DNA of 62,889 nt, filler included, from Folioceros fuciformis (taxonomy: Eukaryota), in NCBI GenBank assembly GCA_049999805.1. It is 11 parts of 11 records of this genome, joined end to end, with 100 filler letters (N's around TTAATTAATTAA, not from the genome) between each part and the next. Parts side by side here need not be neighbours in the genome. Positions count along the whole stretch, not along the records: positions 1 to 6,974 come from JBNGIO010005188.1; positions 7,075 to 16,219 come from JBNGIO010005191.1; 9 more parts are not named here. The stretch is one strand, 5' to 3'. Below are positions 1 through 14,838 of this stretch, in pieces (within the stretch, counting starts at the first letter, position 1; every line of letters starts with the position of its first letter). The notes below the pieces were generated by a model. That model did not search any database and had not been told where the DNA came from. It saw only the letters and a list, made by a program, of their open reading frames with translations. The position numbers and the translations under genes are program-made.

Positions 1-414
1 TGGCACTTGCATGTAGATGTCTTCTTGCAGTTTTCCATACAAGAATGCTGTTTTGACATCGAGTTGCTCAAGCTCAAAATCACGTACGGCTGCTAGGGCT
101 ACAAAGAGGCGCAAAGTTGTAAGCTTTACAACTGGACTGAATGTATCATCATAGTCCACCCCTGGAATCTGTGAGTAACCCTTTGCCATGACCCGTCCTT
201 TGTACCGGGCCACTGAGCCATCTGCCTTAAGCTTAATTTTGAATACCCACTTGCTTCCCACAGGTTGCCTTCCTCCAGGCAAGCTGGTAATTGTCCAAGT
301 CTCATTTTCAGCCAAAGACGCAAGCTCAGAGTCGATGGCGACTTGCCACGGTGCAGCTTCAGGACAGGTAACAGCTTCCTTATAAGACTATGGTTCGTAA
401 AGCTGGGTAGTAGC
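1..414 (-). mobile_element. Ty1/Copia RT fragment, target of a younger Copia insertion
   Basis: Minus strand reads KPVGSKWVFKIKLKADGSVARYKGRVMAKGYSQIPGVDYDDTFSPVV (Copia RT N-terminus). It ends abruptly at the LTR end at 415. Confidence 0.85.
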
Positions 415-818
415 TGAAGGATTGCTAGAGGAGCATGATGAAAGAGAGGAGAGGAGGAGGCAAGGAGGAGAGGAGAAAGAGAAGTCACAAAAGGTCTCAG
501 TATGCAAGGGAGCTCAAGGGGGTATTTATACCCTCTAGAAGAGCTCCCTAGGAAGCTTCACAAGAAGCGCACAGGAAGTTGCGCAAGAAGCTTCTTATAG
601 ATTAGCTTAAGCTAATCTGAAAACATTGTAGTGCATGGATCAGACCACACGCATATATACACAAAAGAGTTAGCTATTTAAGAATAAGGTCCACTATACA
701 TATGTCCTCAAACACTAGCAATTGTAACTGCTACGATAACCCTAACTACCTAACTACCTAAGGTACAACCCTAAGAGTATAGGCAATGTACTAACAACTA
801 ATATCTACTTGTTTAACA
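415..818 (-). repeat. 3' LTR of the minus-strand Copia element (415-6974)
   Basis: Minus strand TGTTAAAC...CCTTCA, preceded by PPT TGAGTGGGAG (plus 819-828). Positions 415-615 match the LTR at 30280-30506 in reverse complement. Confidence 0.8.
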
Positions 819-2164
819 CTCCCACTCATTGCATACTTCTTAGTTGTATAAGCATGCTTAGCTTATTAACACGGTCCGTATTAGTGCACGAGAATAGCAA
901 GGAAACGTGGAACACACCAAATCGCTTCAATTCCCACTTTCGCGTGCCGCCATCAAGTCTTCATCTTCAAAAAAGGGCTAAGTATCGCAGAGCTGAGCAC
1001 TGATTGCTATGGTGAGCTCGGGATACCTAGAGGCGTCGACTCTTGAGGACATGGTGCGCAACACAGCCATGTTGGGAACAGCGCGCCAACCGATTTCATT
1101 CGACAGCTCTAAAGATGAGGGCAAGGCTTGTCGACATGCAAAGCTCGAGCTTGGAGAGGAAGCTGTAGGCAAGCAGCAGCTGCAGGGTTCAATTGATCAC
1201 AAGTCAGCACCGCTTGCTGCAGCTAAGAAGCCTCCTGCTCACATCGCAGCTTGTCTAGCTCCCCACTCAGCTCCTCGCATGACTAACACCTCTGTTGAAG
1301 TTCTGAGGTGTGTGTGTCCAGACAAAACACCCCTTTGCCCGCGACACGGCCGTGCTCCAAAGCGGTTGAGACAAGTGGAGCGAGAGGCCAGGCGCGTCAG
1401 CATGCACTGGATGAGGAGGGTGCATTAGATGGAAGAGCGTGAGGCTCTTCTCACCCACAAGATATCTACCCTTAGAAGACAGCTCCATGCTGTTGGCGGA
1501 CAGGCTCCTCGGACGAATTATCCGCCACCTGTTCCTGCTGATTCAGTCGGTGCTCCCACTTACAGCTACAGTCATTTCTCACTTGTTGGGCCTCTGAATG
1601 CAGTAAAGCTTCCTCCGCCGAATGAAGAAGAATATGTGGTCATGCCTACACCACACAACCCAAGGCCCTACACCCTGCCTAGGGGACGCAAGACCAAGAT
1701 TGTGAGGCTGTTGACTGATGGTAACGGCATTGGCGATCCACTCACTCGTGAAGCCTACGTCTGCACCATTACTGGAATAGCAATGATGAGAGAGGGCTGA
1801 TTCAGGTGGGGTGGAGAAAACGGAAACTTCATAACCTTTTACAGTAAGTTTTCATGCACCTCTGATATATGTCTACCACTATTTCTGTGGCTTGAGGAGT
1901 GCAATGAAACTAAACCTTGACTGTTTACAGTGTCCTCCTTGTAGTGTCTCAACGTCAAATGAACCACGAGAATGGTGAAGAGTATGGGACAGAGGACGAG
2001 GACATGGAGGAAGAACCAGTTGAACAAAGCTTTGACCCTAACTTCCTAGACAGAACAAATGAACCAGACAGTAGCTCTAATTCAAAGTCTGAGGCCTTCT
2101 AAGTGTAAAGTAGGGTAGCTTACTCCAAACACTGCACAATCAGGACATCTACCAAACATTGCTA

Positions 2165-5100
2165 AGCTATCAGGTAAGAAGAGTCAAGGACTCCTAGTGA
2201 CTCCTTAAACTGCAAATGTTTTACCTTTGGTAGGGCTTTGGTCAAAAGATTAGTTGCATTAGAATCTGTAGGTATGTATACCAGATGTATCTAACCTGCT
2301 GATACTGCATGTCGTATGAAGTGGTGGTGCACTTCTATGTGCTTGGTTCTTGCATGAAGAACCGGGTTTTGAGCAAGTGAAAGGGCAGACTGATTATCGC
2401 AGTACATTGTTGTTGGTTGTGTCTGATCCTGGCCCAAATCCTTGAGAAGTCTTCTCAACCATATGCCCTCCTTTGCTGCTTGAGTGAGGGCAGAATACTC
2501 TGCCTTGGTCGATTATAATGATATTGTGACTTGCTTTTTCAAAGACCAGGTGACTACCCCTCCAGCTAGCAAGAATGCATATGCGGAGACGGGCTTTCTA
2601 GTGTCTGGATTTGCAGCCCAGTCAGCATCACAATAACCCAACAAGGTTAGTGGCTCACCCTCATATGACTGCTTTGTATAATGGATGCCATGCTTACTCG
2701 TTCCCTTAAGATACCTTAGGATCCTCTTAACAGCCGACCAGTGAGCCTTACTAGGCTCCTTAAGGAACTGTGATGTCATACTCACAGGTAAAGAGATGTT
2801 GGGCCTGGTGTGATTAGAGCAAAAGATAAGTGACCCCACTACTTGTGAATAGGGAACCACTTCCATTTCCTACTTATTTGCTGCTGCAACTGGTGACTGC
2901 TCCAGGCTTAGCTTACAGCCTACTTCCATGGGTGTTGCAGCTGGCTTGGCATCTGTCAACTTGTACTTATGTAACATGTCAAATATGTATTTCTCCTAAT
3001 GTATGATGAGTGTGCCACTTGACAGGTCATGGAGCAGTTGTGTACCCAAGCGATAGGACAGCTCCCTGATATCAACCATGTCAAACCTTCCAGATAAGAG
3101 AGCCTTCACTCTATTGATGCCTTCTAGGTCAGTGCCCAGTAAAATACAGTCATCAACATACAAAGCTAACACTACGAATCCTATTTTGTCTTGTAGAAAG
3201 TACACGTTGGAATCAGCATCGCTTTTGGAAAAACCAAGATCTAGCAGAAACTCGTCGATGCACTGGTACCAAGCTCTGGGTGACTGCTTCAACCCATAAA
3301 TAGTCTTCAGCAGTTTACAAACCCAGTCCTCCCGTCTTGCAGCTTCGTATACCTCTAGCTGCGCCATATAGATTTCTTCCTCCAACTTGCCATGAAGAAA
3401 GGCTGTTTTCACATCCATCTGGTGGATGAACAGGGAGAAGAATGCTCACATGGCGAACAGGGCACGGAGGGACTGTGCCTTCACCACCGGAGAAAAGGTA
3501 TCATGGTAGTCTAGTCCTGGGACTTGGGAGAACCCTCTAGCTACTAAGCGTGCTCTGTACCTCGCTATAGACCCATCAGCTTTATATTTCAATTTAAACA
3601 CCCACTTACAGCTGACTACCTTCAACCCCTTAGGCGGGGAACAAAGCTCCCATGTGTGATTGTGAAGCAGGGAGTCATATTCAGAAGTAACGGCAGCAAT
3701 CTAGTGACGTGAATCAGGACCTATAACAGCCTCCTGATAGGACTGCGGCTCATAGCCAGGCTAGACAGCAAGGTGAGAAAACTCGGCAACCGTCTCATCT
3801 GGATTTGCTCCCGCTGCACGAGGAACTGGTAGAGTCATACGTGCTCGCCAGTCTTCTGCCTCATAAGGTTGTTCCTGCCATTAATCTCTGCCCCTATGTG
3901 TTCTCTCTGATCTGCGAGGTTGAACTGCAAGAAGACCAGGTGGGCAGACAAAATATTCAACAGGGTCGTCAACATCTGGATCAGTAAGGGCAGGAAGTAC
4001 GGGCAGATCTTCAACTGAGCCAATGTCATCCACAGCTGGAGGATCGGGATCAGGGTGAACTGGCACAGCAGGTAGGACAGCAGAGTCATGTCCCCCAGGT
4101 TAAGAGGGATTGACAGCAAGAAAATCCACAATATCCATCATGTCTGGGTCCACATCCTCTACTTGACCTTCTGGTGATTCATGAACTTCCAGGTCAGGAA
4201 CAATGTCTGAGTCATGAGGAGTGGTAAGAACAGTGCGTTCATCGAACACTATTGTACGAGCATGGACAACTCGACGAGAAGATGGCTCAAACAGCTTACA
4301 CCCATGGATACCAGGAGTGTATCCTATGAACACGTGTCTCTTAGATTTGAAAGCAAACTTCTGTCTAAGCTTATCTGGAATATGAGCATAAGCTGTGCTG
4401 GCGAAAACCCTAAAATGTGAAATGTTGAGCTGCACTCCTGTCCAGGACTCAAACGGTGTACAGTTAGGAAGAGAAGACACCGCAAGCCGATTCTGGAGGT
4501 AAGTAGCTGCCTGAACAGCTTCAGCCCATAAACAAATAGGCAGCCTCCCCTGAAATAGCAGAGCCCTTGCAGCATCCTGGATTGTTCTATGTTGGCGCTC
4601 TTCCATTCATGTCAGAATGATAGGGAATAGTCAGCTGCCTTGTAATACCATGTTCCTGACAAAACTCTTGGAATGCTGTAGACAGGTGCTCCTTCCCATT
4701 ATCCGAACGGATGCACTTAAGTTTATAACCTGTTTGACGTTCAGCATATGCCAGGTACCTCTTAAAAATGTCAAATACATTGCTTTTATGCTTCAGCAAT
4801 TTAGTGACAGTGAAGTGCGTTTTGTCATCTTCGAAAAAAACAAAGTATTTTGCTCCTCCCCAACTTGGAGTCGACATTGGACCATAGATATCAGTGTGAA
4901 CTATGTCTAACACTTCTGTGGATTTTCTTGGTTTCCCATAACCAAAGTGTGACTTAAACTGCTTGCCATGAATGCAAGCGACACATAGATCAAGATTTGG
5001 TAAGTCAGACTTTGTAAAACCTGTAACCATCTTCTCCTTCAAAAGACGTCGTATTGCTTGAATATTGGGGTGACCTAACCTACAATGCCATCTAAGAGCA

Positions 5101-6533
5101 ACCTGAGTTCTACTGACTGGAAACTCAGATACTTGAGCTGTTTGTTGTGGCAGGTCTAAGACAAAATCCAAGAGATACAGGTCACATAAGGGGGTACCTC
5201 TAGCAATAATTTTTGAAGGGGCACTCAACTTGGTAATTGCACACTCTAGTCCTTCAAACAAAATACTATACTGACCAGTCTTACCTAAGGCCATGGTGCT
5301 AACCAAATTTTTCTTGAGTGCTGGGACATGTAGAACATTCTCTAACTCCCATGTTTTCCCATTGTACAGAGTCACAATAACAGATCCCATTCCCTTAATG
5401 GGTATATGTGAATTGTCCCCTAAGACGACTGCATGCTGGAGAGAAGATACAACATACTTGACAAAGTTATTTCTAGAAGAGCACATATGATTTGACGCAC
5501 CATTGTCTAGAAACCATTGATTCCTACCCTTCGAAACAGAAGATAAACGGGTAACCGGCAGTCCTGGTGTAGCAGTTGTTGTAACATTTGATTCATGTTG
5601 CTTGCCCTTTCTAGCGTCATCTTTTTGTTTCTTTCTGTAGTCTCTGACCCAATGACATGGCTTGTGGCAGTAATTGCACACACCAGGTTTCTTGCTGGGC
5701 TGCAATGGATTGAAGCTGGAAGACTCGTAGTTGGACGCATGTCCTCTACCTCTTCCAAAGCTTCCACGTCCTCGACCCCTAAATCTTCCACAACTTCTGC
5801 CGCAGCCTGTAAAAAGAGCTGTATCGTTCTGTTTATGGGTAGAGATTGAACCTCCTTTGCTCATATGCTTTATGTTGGCCTCTGCTTGTAAGAGAGCACC
5901 AACAAGCTTTTGAACTGTGAGGTTTGTTACTGCAGGTGTGGTTGCTGTTGTTGGAGTGACAGTGGCAGCAACTTGAATACTCGAGCTCCAAATTTCGTAA
6001 CTTGGAGGGAGGCTCATCAAAAACTGAACAGCTGCCCTCCCTTCAGATAAGATCACTCCACAAGCTACTAACTTGGCTCTTGCAGCTCTGAACCTGGCCA
6101 CATGACTCTCAAGTGAGTCACTTTCTTTCATGCGCAGGTTCTGAAAATGACTTGTTGCTGCTGCCTCTGAGATGACATCCTTAGACTCGTAAGTGTCATT
6201 CAACAAAGACCAAACCTCATGTGAGAATTTAGTCAATTTGATATGTGGTATCATCTCCTGAGAGACTGATCCCACTAGAATCGTCCTTGCTTTGCGATCC
6301 TTGGAGAGCCAATCAAGCTCATCCTTGGCTGTCCACAGCTTCTTATTAACTCCTCCAGGAGTCAGTGTACAAGAGTCTTGACCAGCAACACGCCGTGGAA
6401 TCGAGACATCAGCAACATCCATAAGCAGTTTCTCCTCCAAAATACACCTCACCCGAAAAGACAAGGCATCAAAATTATTAGGGGTGAGTCTGTCTTTTTC
6501 CTGTAAGCGGTCAGAATACTGATCTGCCGCCAT
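2165..6533 (-). pseudogene. Degenerate Copia gag-pol
   Basis: Gag MAADQY..., degenerate knuckle CNYCHKPCH, protease WFLDNGASNHM, GAG-pre-integrase WHCRLGH, integrase IRSDNGKE, RT MDVKTAFLHG / LYVDD, RNaseH YCDADWA. Split by stops and frameshifts. Confidence 0.92.
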
Positions 6534-6974
6534 GATGCCTGTGATGAGGAGAACTACATAGTAGGGGTTCTCAGGCAAGTCATCTTCTCCCTGAGTTTGT
6601 CAATCTCTAACCCATGACTTTTGATTTCTAATTCTGCCCCTACTGCAGCGACGCACTCTGACTCCCGCAATTTCTCAAGGCGATCAAGGTGGTTTGATAA
6701 AATGTCTACTCTTCGTGAAGTTTCCAAGACAGAAGACTTGACATTCAAGAGAGAATTGAGGAGAGAGTCAAATTGTTTCATATCTTCTTGTGAACTGTAG
6801 GGTTTACAGGATCTACACTCTACAGATTGTTGTTTCAGTGAGTTGTAGTTTGCTAGGCAGCAGGAGGTGTCTAATCTGTCCACATTTCTGAATTGCGCAG
6901 GTGAATTGGAGCTAGAATGTTTTGAATAATATGAATCAGTAAATGCTTTCAAGAAACGCACCTGCTCTTCCTGA

Positions 6975-7074
6975 NNNNNNNNNNNNNNNNNNNNNNNNNN
7001 NNNNNNNNNNNNNNNNNNTTAATTAATTAANNNNNNNNNNNNNNNNNNNNNNNNNNNNNNNNNNNNNNNNNNNN
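6975..7074. other. Artificial contig-joining linker (N-run, TTAATTAATTAA, N-run)
   Basis: The same 100-nt six-frame-stop linker occurs at 16220, 21594, 25718, 29869, 33253, 42797, 46632, 55739 and 61296. Plain 100-N gaps occur at 7653, 10474 and 11674. Confidence 0.97.
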
Positions 7075-7905
7075 TCTCATCATGGTATCAGAGCTTCGGC
7101 TCTAGATGCTTGAGCACCTTGCTTGCTTCCTCTTTAGGCATGAACTCTTTTGTGCATTACTAATTTTTGCACCATGAAATTTTGGATTGGAGGAGACTTT
7201 ATAATTATGCTCAACATCATATTTTTATGATGCACAAATTGTGCATCACTTTCTTAACTCCTCCTCATGGGGCAAGGAAGTAGGAGGAGATTGAAGGCTG
7301 CATCAAGGGAGAACGCAACCAATTTCATAAATTTTGATAAATTTATAGATCCAATTGAAAGAGATTCTAAATTTATTGGCAATTTTATTGGTGCAATCCT
7401 TATAAAATATGAGAATCAAGGAGAGTTGATTGAGGTGGCTAAGACAGATTTACTTACTTGTTTTAGTTTATCACAAGTAGAATCTCTATTTTTAGCACTC
7501 CAACACATTCCTAATCTACGTGCTGGTCCTGTTGTGATTAATAGCACAGATTCTCTGCAGCCTCTCCTTAAATCTATCAAAACAAATTCAGAACTTAGAC
7601 ATAATTTCATTAGTAGACAATTGTCGCCTTTGGCTCGTGCCTTCAATCATTTNNNNNNNNNNNNNNNNNNNNNNNNNNNNNNNNNNNNNNNNNNNNNNNN
7701 NNNNNNNNNNNNNNNNNNNNNNNNNNNNNNNNNNNNNNNNNNNNNNNNNNNNGACTTAGATACTAAAATGTCTAAAATTTCCCTGTAGAAATTCACATTT
7801 TTACCTGCAGATTCTGTTTTTGATATGATTGGAGCATCGTCTGGTGAAATCTCCTCCAAGATAGCATGCACACGACGTAGTCGTGGCCTTTAAACATCAC
7901 CTGCC

Positions 7906-10900
7906 ATGGCTAGTCGGGAAGATGAGGGAGAGCAACTTGACGAAGAAGTCAACATCAACAAGGACCCTATTGAGACCAAATCAATGGTTGTCAATAATTA
8001 TGGAGACAGCTTCAAAGAAAAGGATAGATTCAACGGCAAGGACTACGATGTCTGGCACCTGCAAATGAGGGGAGTATTACATAACCGTGACCTATGGGAA
8101 ATCATCAGCAGAGCCTTAGAGATCCCAGTATGGGGTGCTGACGAAAAACACACCTGGGATGCGAAAGATGAGAGAGCCCAGGATATGATCATCGGTGGTC
8201 TCTCTCTCCATATGGTACTGCAAATCAGCGAGGCAGGATCCTCCAAGGATATGTGGGACCACCTCGCACAATTATACTCTTCCAAGGATGTTATGAGTCT
8301 CATGACTGCTACTCGTAATTTTCACAACCTTAAGATGAGGGAATCTGACACCATCGAACACCACATTAGTACTTTTTGAATGGCAAGGTCCCAACTTGAA
8401 GCTGCTTCCAACTCCAAGATCTCCGAGTTAACATGCTTTGTTGCATTATTATCCTCTCTTCCATCCTCCTATAGATCATTTGTGACAACTCAAAATGCTG
8501 TATTGAGAACAGCCCAGAAAACTATGGACAAGCATGATACCTTGGACATAAGTATAAATGAGTTGATCAGAGCATTGATACAGGAGGAGTCCAGTCGACG
8601 TCAAGACTCACAAACCAGCCGGCAGCAAGTGATGTACACAGGAAGAGGTCGCGATCGAGGCCGCGCAAAAGGACCCCCTTCCACTAGGCCTGCCCCTTCA
8701 TCCAGCTTCTACTGTGAAGCTTCTCCGTCTTCTTCTACACCTGCAAGAGGTAATAAGAAGACTAGAATTATTTGCAATTGCTGCATAATCCCAAATCACA
8801 TGGAGAAGGACTGCAGAAAGAAGAAAAATGGTGAGCCTAGGAAAGAGGCCTCATCTGGCGCGCACGTTGCTCTGAAGAAACCATCTTCTTCAACTCCTTC
8901 TGCCCTTACAGTATGCTTGGCATCCTCCCAGTCTACAAATCAATTCTGGTACCTTGATAGTGGAGCTACCTCACATCTGTCATGACAAAGACTCTTTTGA
9001 GTCATATTCCCCAACCACAGGACACCAGACTGTCCTCTTGGGTGATGATCACAACCTCTCAATAGCTGGCATAGGTTCAGTTGACCTCATATGTTCCACA
9101 GGTCAGACTCTTCACTTACGTCATGTCCTTCATGTACCAGCCATGTGTAAAAATCTAGTCTCTGCCGCTAGTTTACGTCATGCACATACTATGCAAGTCA
9201 CACTTTATGCAGAAAGTTGTCTCATTTCATACACCTCCAATAAGTCACATGCCATCTGCATAAGCACACTAGAAGATGGGCTATACAAACTTTCAGCTCA
9301 AGTGGGTCCCACACATTCCATTAATGGAGCGTCCCCCAATTCTACACCATGCAGCCATACCATGTTGTGGCATTGTCATCTCGGTCATCCTAATAGCCAA
9401 AAATTAGTACAAATGTCTAAGGCCGAAAATCTATACCGCACACCTTGCTTTTCTCAAATTCAACACCTTCCATGGTGTGAGACTTGTGTCATTACCAAAA
9501 GACATCAAGCCCCTTTTCAAAACATCTCTCCACAGAGGGCGACATCCCCCCTAGAGCTTGTTCATATAGATATTTGTGGTCCTATCTTTACACCTTCCTT
9601 CAGTAGTAGCAGATATTTTTTGACCTTCATCGACGACTACTCTCGCTTTACACTCACCTATATCCTTAATCACAAAGGTGATACTTATCATTTCTTCAAG
9701 GACTATATGGCCTGGGCGGAGAGATTGATAGAGGAGAAACACAAGACCTTACGTTCCGACAATGGTGGCGAGTTTACTTCTAAATAGTTTGAGGATTTTT
9801 GGTGCGCTCAAGGTATAGCGCAACAACTCATTGTTGTATACACTCCTCAACAAAATGGCGTAGCTGAGAATAAGAATCTACGCCTTCAAGAGATCACTGG
9901 TTGCTTGTTAACACAAGCGAATTTACCCAAAGTATATTAGGCTGAGGCACTCCTCATAGCCACATATCGCATGAATCGACTACCCACTTCTGCAGTCAAA
10001 GATATGACACCTTACGAAGCCTTTATAGGCAAAAAGCCCTCTATTGATCATCTCCGCATTTTTGGATCTCCGGCATATGTTTTTATCCCTAAAGCATTGA
10101 GTAAGAAGTTAGATCCAAAAGCAGCCAGATATACTTTTATTGGTTATACGGAAGGCATCAAGGGCTATAAATTATTTGATCCTTCCACCAACAAGATCCT
10201 TTATGCTCGTAGCGTCACTTTTCATGAACGTTCCCTATTTTCTCCTTCAGTGGGAGCTCTTCCGCCTCCCCATCCTTCATCTGCTGATGCGGAGCCTGAA
10301 TGTTCTTCTTTGATACTAGTGACTACATTATGGACTTCCATGTTCCTGCTCTTCGTGTCCCTTCCGATGGACCTATTATGGAGGAGGAGGAGGAGGAGTT
10401 AGCCCTCGCCTTACGTCCCTACTCACCTTCATTAGATACTGAGGAACTTCCACACTTTGAGGATCTTCCTGATNNNNNNNNNNNNNNNNNNNNNNNNNNN
10501 NNNNNNNNNNNNNNNNNNNNNNNNNNNNNNNNNNNNNNNNNNNNNNNNNNNNNNNNNNNNNNNNNNNNNNNNNCTGAGGAACTTCCACACTTTGAGGATC
10601 TTCCTGATGATCCGGACGAACTTGAGCGTGACCCTGAGTATTTAGTTGAGAATCCTTCTCAACTATCAACCCTTCTTGAAGATGAGCAACCTGCACAAAG
10701 GTACAATCTCAGAACCAGACCAACCATCACTGGTCCTGCCGGTTGGAAGGAGCCTCCTTTGGGATGTCTAGCTACTTCCGAAGCCGTATATCAGGCAACT
10801 ATTGACCCAAAAGAACCCACTACTCTCAAACAAGCCTTCTCATCCCCTGAAAAGAACTTATGGAAGGCAGCAAAGGATTTTGAATATGACTCCTTGGTCA

Positions 10901-12475
10901 AGAATTCTACATGGCAACTGGTCAAACCCCCTAAGGAGAGGAAGATAGTGACAAACAAATGGGTATTTAAAATCAAGAGAAAAGGAGATGGTTCCATTGA
11001 AAGATATAAGGCACGTCTAGTAGCCAGAGGCTTTACACAAATTCTTGGCCTAGACTACGTACCTTGGGCCACTTATGCCCCTATAGCCAAATTTGCTAGC
11101 CTCCGAATGATATTTGCCTTATCTGCCTAGTATGATCTTGAACTCCATATGATGGATGTAAAGACAGCATATTTACATGGGCGCCTACAAGAGGAAATAT
11201 ACATGAAACAACCTAAGGGTTATGAGGTTAAAGGCAAAGAAGATTTGGTGTGTAAGCTTATTAAATGTATTTATGGATTGAATCAATACGGTAAGGAATG
11301 GAACACCGTAATACATGTTAAGCTTATTAAACTAGGTTTTAAACAAAGCAAGGCAGATTCTTGCATGTATATCTTAATCTTTGGAAAAGAGATAATTTAC
11401 CTCTTACTCTACATCGACGACGTATTTATGGCTTCCTCTTCATTTTCTCTCCTAGCCGAGATTAAATCTTGGTTAAGAAGTCACTTTGAAATGATTGATC
11501 TTGGAGAGCTGACTTACGTACTTGGCGTTAATATTATGAGAGATAGAAGCCGTAAGACTTTAAGCATTTTTCAAACAAAATATATTAAGGAAAGCTTAAT
11601 CAAATTTCGATTAGAAGACGCTAAACCTGCTCCCACTCCTTTTGCTATGGGATACGACTCACGTTGGAAATGANNNNNNNNNNNNNNNNNNNNNNNNNNN
11701 NNNNNNNNNNNNNNNNNNNNNNNNNNNNNNNNNNNNNNNNNNNNNNNNNNNNNNNNNNNNNNNNNNNNNNNNNCAGATGTCAGCAGTTCCTTATCGACAT
11801 GCTGTTGGCACACTTATATATTTGAGCAACTTCACTAGGCCTGACAAGGCTTGTGAAGTTAGTGTTTGTTCACAATTTCTAGAGAATCTTGGACATGAAC
11901 ATTGGGCATGTGTCAAACGTATATTTAGGTACCTTAAAGGTACTATGAATACAGGATTAGTTTATCAACATACACCAAGTATGAACAAACTAATATTAAC
12001 AGCATACGCTGATGCCAACTATGCTGGCGATCCTGACACATGGCAGTTAGTATCCGGCTATGTACTTATGCTATGCAAAGGTCCCATCTCATGGTCAAGT
12101 AAGAAACAAACAACCATTGCCTTGTCAAGCAATGAGTTAGAGTATAGAGTACTAACCTTAGTTGCCAAGGATATTGTATGGAGTAGGTTAGCTTTGAGTG
12201 GGCTCAATCACATACAAGACAATCATACACTTCTATACAATGACAACCAAGGAGCCATAGCATTAGCCAGAAATCCTGTTTTCCATTCTAGGACTAAACA
12301 CATAGCTGTCGAATACCATTACATTAGAGAAATGTTGGGAAATAAAACTATTGATATTAGTTATATTCAAACTCAGGATAACGCAACTAATTTATTCACA
12401 AAGTCCCTTGGTCGGGAATTACATATTAAACATATGAAGAACTTAGGTGTATTAGATACCAAGTCAATAACCTAA
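7906..12475 (+). pseudogene. Copia gag-pol with stops and frameshifts
   Basis: Gag, knuckle CNCCIIPNHMEKDC, protease WYLDSGATSH, integrase LRSDNGGEF, RT MDVKTAYLHG / LYIDD, RNaseH YADANYA and SRTKHI. Confidence 0.92.
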
Positions 12476-14838
12476 CCAAGAAGATCAGCAGCTATATGGG
12501 CCGATTAAGTTAACCTTATTTCTTGAAGCCCATTTCTTAACTAAATATTCCATTTCCTCTTCAATTTCAAAATGTTCTTCATAATATTCACCAGCATTCT
12601 CATCTAGTGCCCAAGCAGATCCTAAACCATGGAATCAAGGATCGATTAAAATATTTAATAAACATTAATAACTAACATTAATTATTCAAGTTATTCAGGG
12701 CACTTACTATAGATGTGTTTAGTATGTCCCTCAAATTCATTACATGGGACACAGCCCAACCACACCAGATGTACTCCCGTCTTTTGGCAGACATATTCAC
12801 TAGGTGGAAATGAGTCCGCATCAGGCAAATTAGGTGTGCAGTTTTGCTTAAACCACCTTCTAGAAGGCAGCTGTTAGGTACTTCATACCCTTTGCTTTTT
12901 GCTGGGATAGGTCTTTGTGGGATGGATATTCCGACAGTTTCCGTCCCTACACCTTTGTCATCTGCATGTCCACACATTGGTTAGTATTTATCAACCTTCA
13001 GAAACCACATATAAAGGTCATCCTTTTTCTCTTAACTCACCAGTTTTGGTCTTCTCAAGTAGCTTGTTTTTCTTTCCGTTTGCTATCCCCACCATAGCTT
13101 CTATCCTACCATACTTGAGATCTGCCACAACACAACAACTTCCCATTAGGTTATGCTTTTAGGCTAAGGGACTCCACAGCCGGGCTTACCATCAACAAAC
13201 TTGTGGAACTTCATGGCATCTTGCGGGTTGTCGTAAAACTCAGTTTGCAGACAACGTCCTCTCCAGCTAGGACTGCCTTCGCAGTATTGCTCAGGATCTG
13301 AAGAATTGGCGTATGGTGAAGCATATGTTTTCTTCATTACTGATGATGTCAGGCGACTCGCCCCTTTCATCTACACAGTTATTAGCACCTACATTTATGG
13401 AGGACTGTTAACAGCACAATTGTGGTAGAGAAAACAAGTTGGGCAACAGGGAAAGTGTAAGGAACCTTTTGTTGTAAGTGTTCCTCTGTTGGACTCCTCT
13501 CAAGTATCATGACCAGTTTCTTCGGTCGAGGATGATAGCTCTATGAAGACGTTTTTGGTGCCTGTTTCTTCGACATTAGCACCTTTGGTCTTCTCGTGTA
13601 GTTTCCCCTTTGCAGCCATGGACGCGAAATGGGCAAAGGCAGGCATCAAGTTTTTCATTTCCTTCCAAGCAGCAGCTTCTAAGTTTGTATGATCCAAAGA
13701 GGGGATGATGGCAGGCAGCATATCTGTTTTCTGTTTTCACAATAAGATGCAGGCACTATAGTTTTTCAGCCAAGTCGACCAGCAGTTTTGGCAGAATCTC
13801 AGTTTTCACGCAATCAGGAACTTGAGCAGCTTTTCTCACCTGAAGTGTGTCAGCCTCCTTGGCTGTAGCAGGTGCATGGGCTCCCTTCCTCTTCTCCAAG
13901 CGTGTTGGATTAGTGGCTGCAGGTGTTCTGCTTTTGGCCATGGGTGATTTTTCAGCCATGGGTGATGCTTCAACAATTTCGAGAGCTTCTTCACTTCCTG
14001 AGGCCGTGATGGCAACAGAAAAACGCCCACGTTTGTCCCAAGCCTGAGAGATCTTCCCTTTGCTGATGCGCGGCTGAGGCAGCCTTGAATTGCAAGCAAA
14101 TGGGTCCAGTTTGTGGCTGTAGGAGCGCGTTTGGGGATGCAGGCTGCAGGAGCATTGCTTGGCATCTTCATTGCTGAAGCGCGGCTGGGCGTTTTGGCAG
14201 CTGGAGCGCGAATCTGTGCATGGACTGCAAGGGCGACACGCGCCGCGATGGTGACAAGAGTAGGCTGCAGATAGATTGTTCGTTTTGTGCAGAAGCAACC
14301 GAGATTTCTTCTTCTCCGCCTGCCTGGTGTTGTTATGTCTTGCTGGACGCGGTGGCATGGGCAGTGGAAGGCGCACGTGGCGCCGAAGTAGCCCACGAGG
14401 CGTCGCGATCACCATGCTAGCAGATGCAACAGGATTTCTCGCGGGAGATCAGGTAGATTGATCAGCAGGTGTTCAAATGCGGTTTTTGAGTTTTTACGCG
14501 TCACGGGCTCATGGCAGTGTAAGGCGCTCATGTGGTTGGATGATGGGGATACCCCCCGTAATCGCATGTCCCATGCTCGGGACATGCAGATAAGGTATTT
14601 ACCTTGGGTTTACCTTTTACTTAATTAAAGGTAATTACCCATCCCTAATTAGATAGGGGTGTTTCCATTTTCTTTTCCTTTCCTGAGATTTTTTATAGCC
14701 TTCTTAAGTTCTTTTTAACTTATTACTTTTTGGGTTAAGTTACTTAAAATCTAGCTTTCAGTTTTAGGCCTATTATGGCTTATTTTAAAGCTAGAATAAT
14801 GTTCTATTTTGTCATGCCTAGTTCACAGTGAGTGGGAG

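Noticed and set aside
7019-7030. Recurrent TTAATTAATTAA palindrome between N runs
   Set aside because: Artificial six-frame-stop linker, not a biological repeat or CRISPR array.
10439-10608. Direct repeat CTGAGGAACTTCCACACTTTGAGGATCTTCCTGAT on both sides of a gap
   Set aside because: Most likely an unmerged contig overlap.
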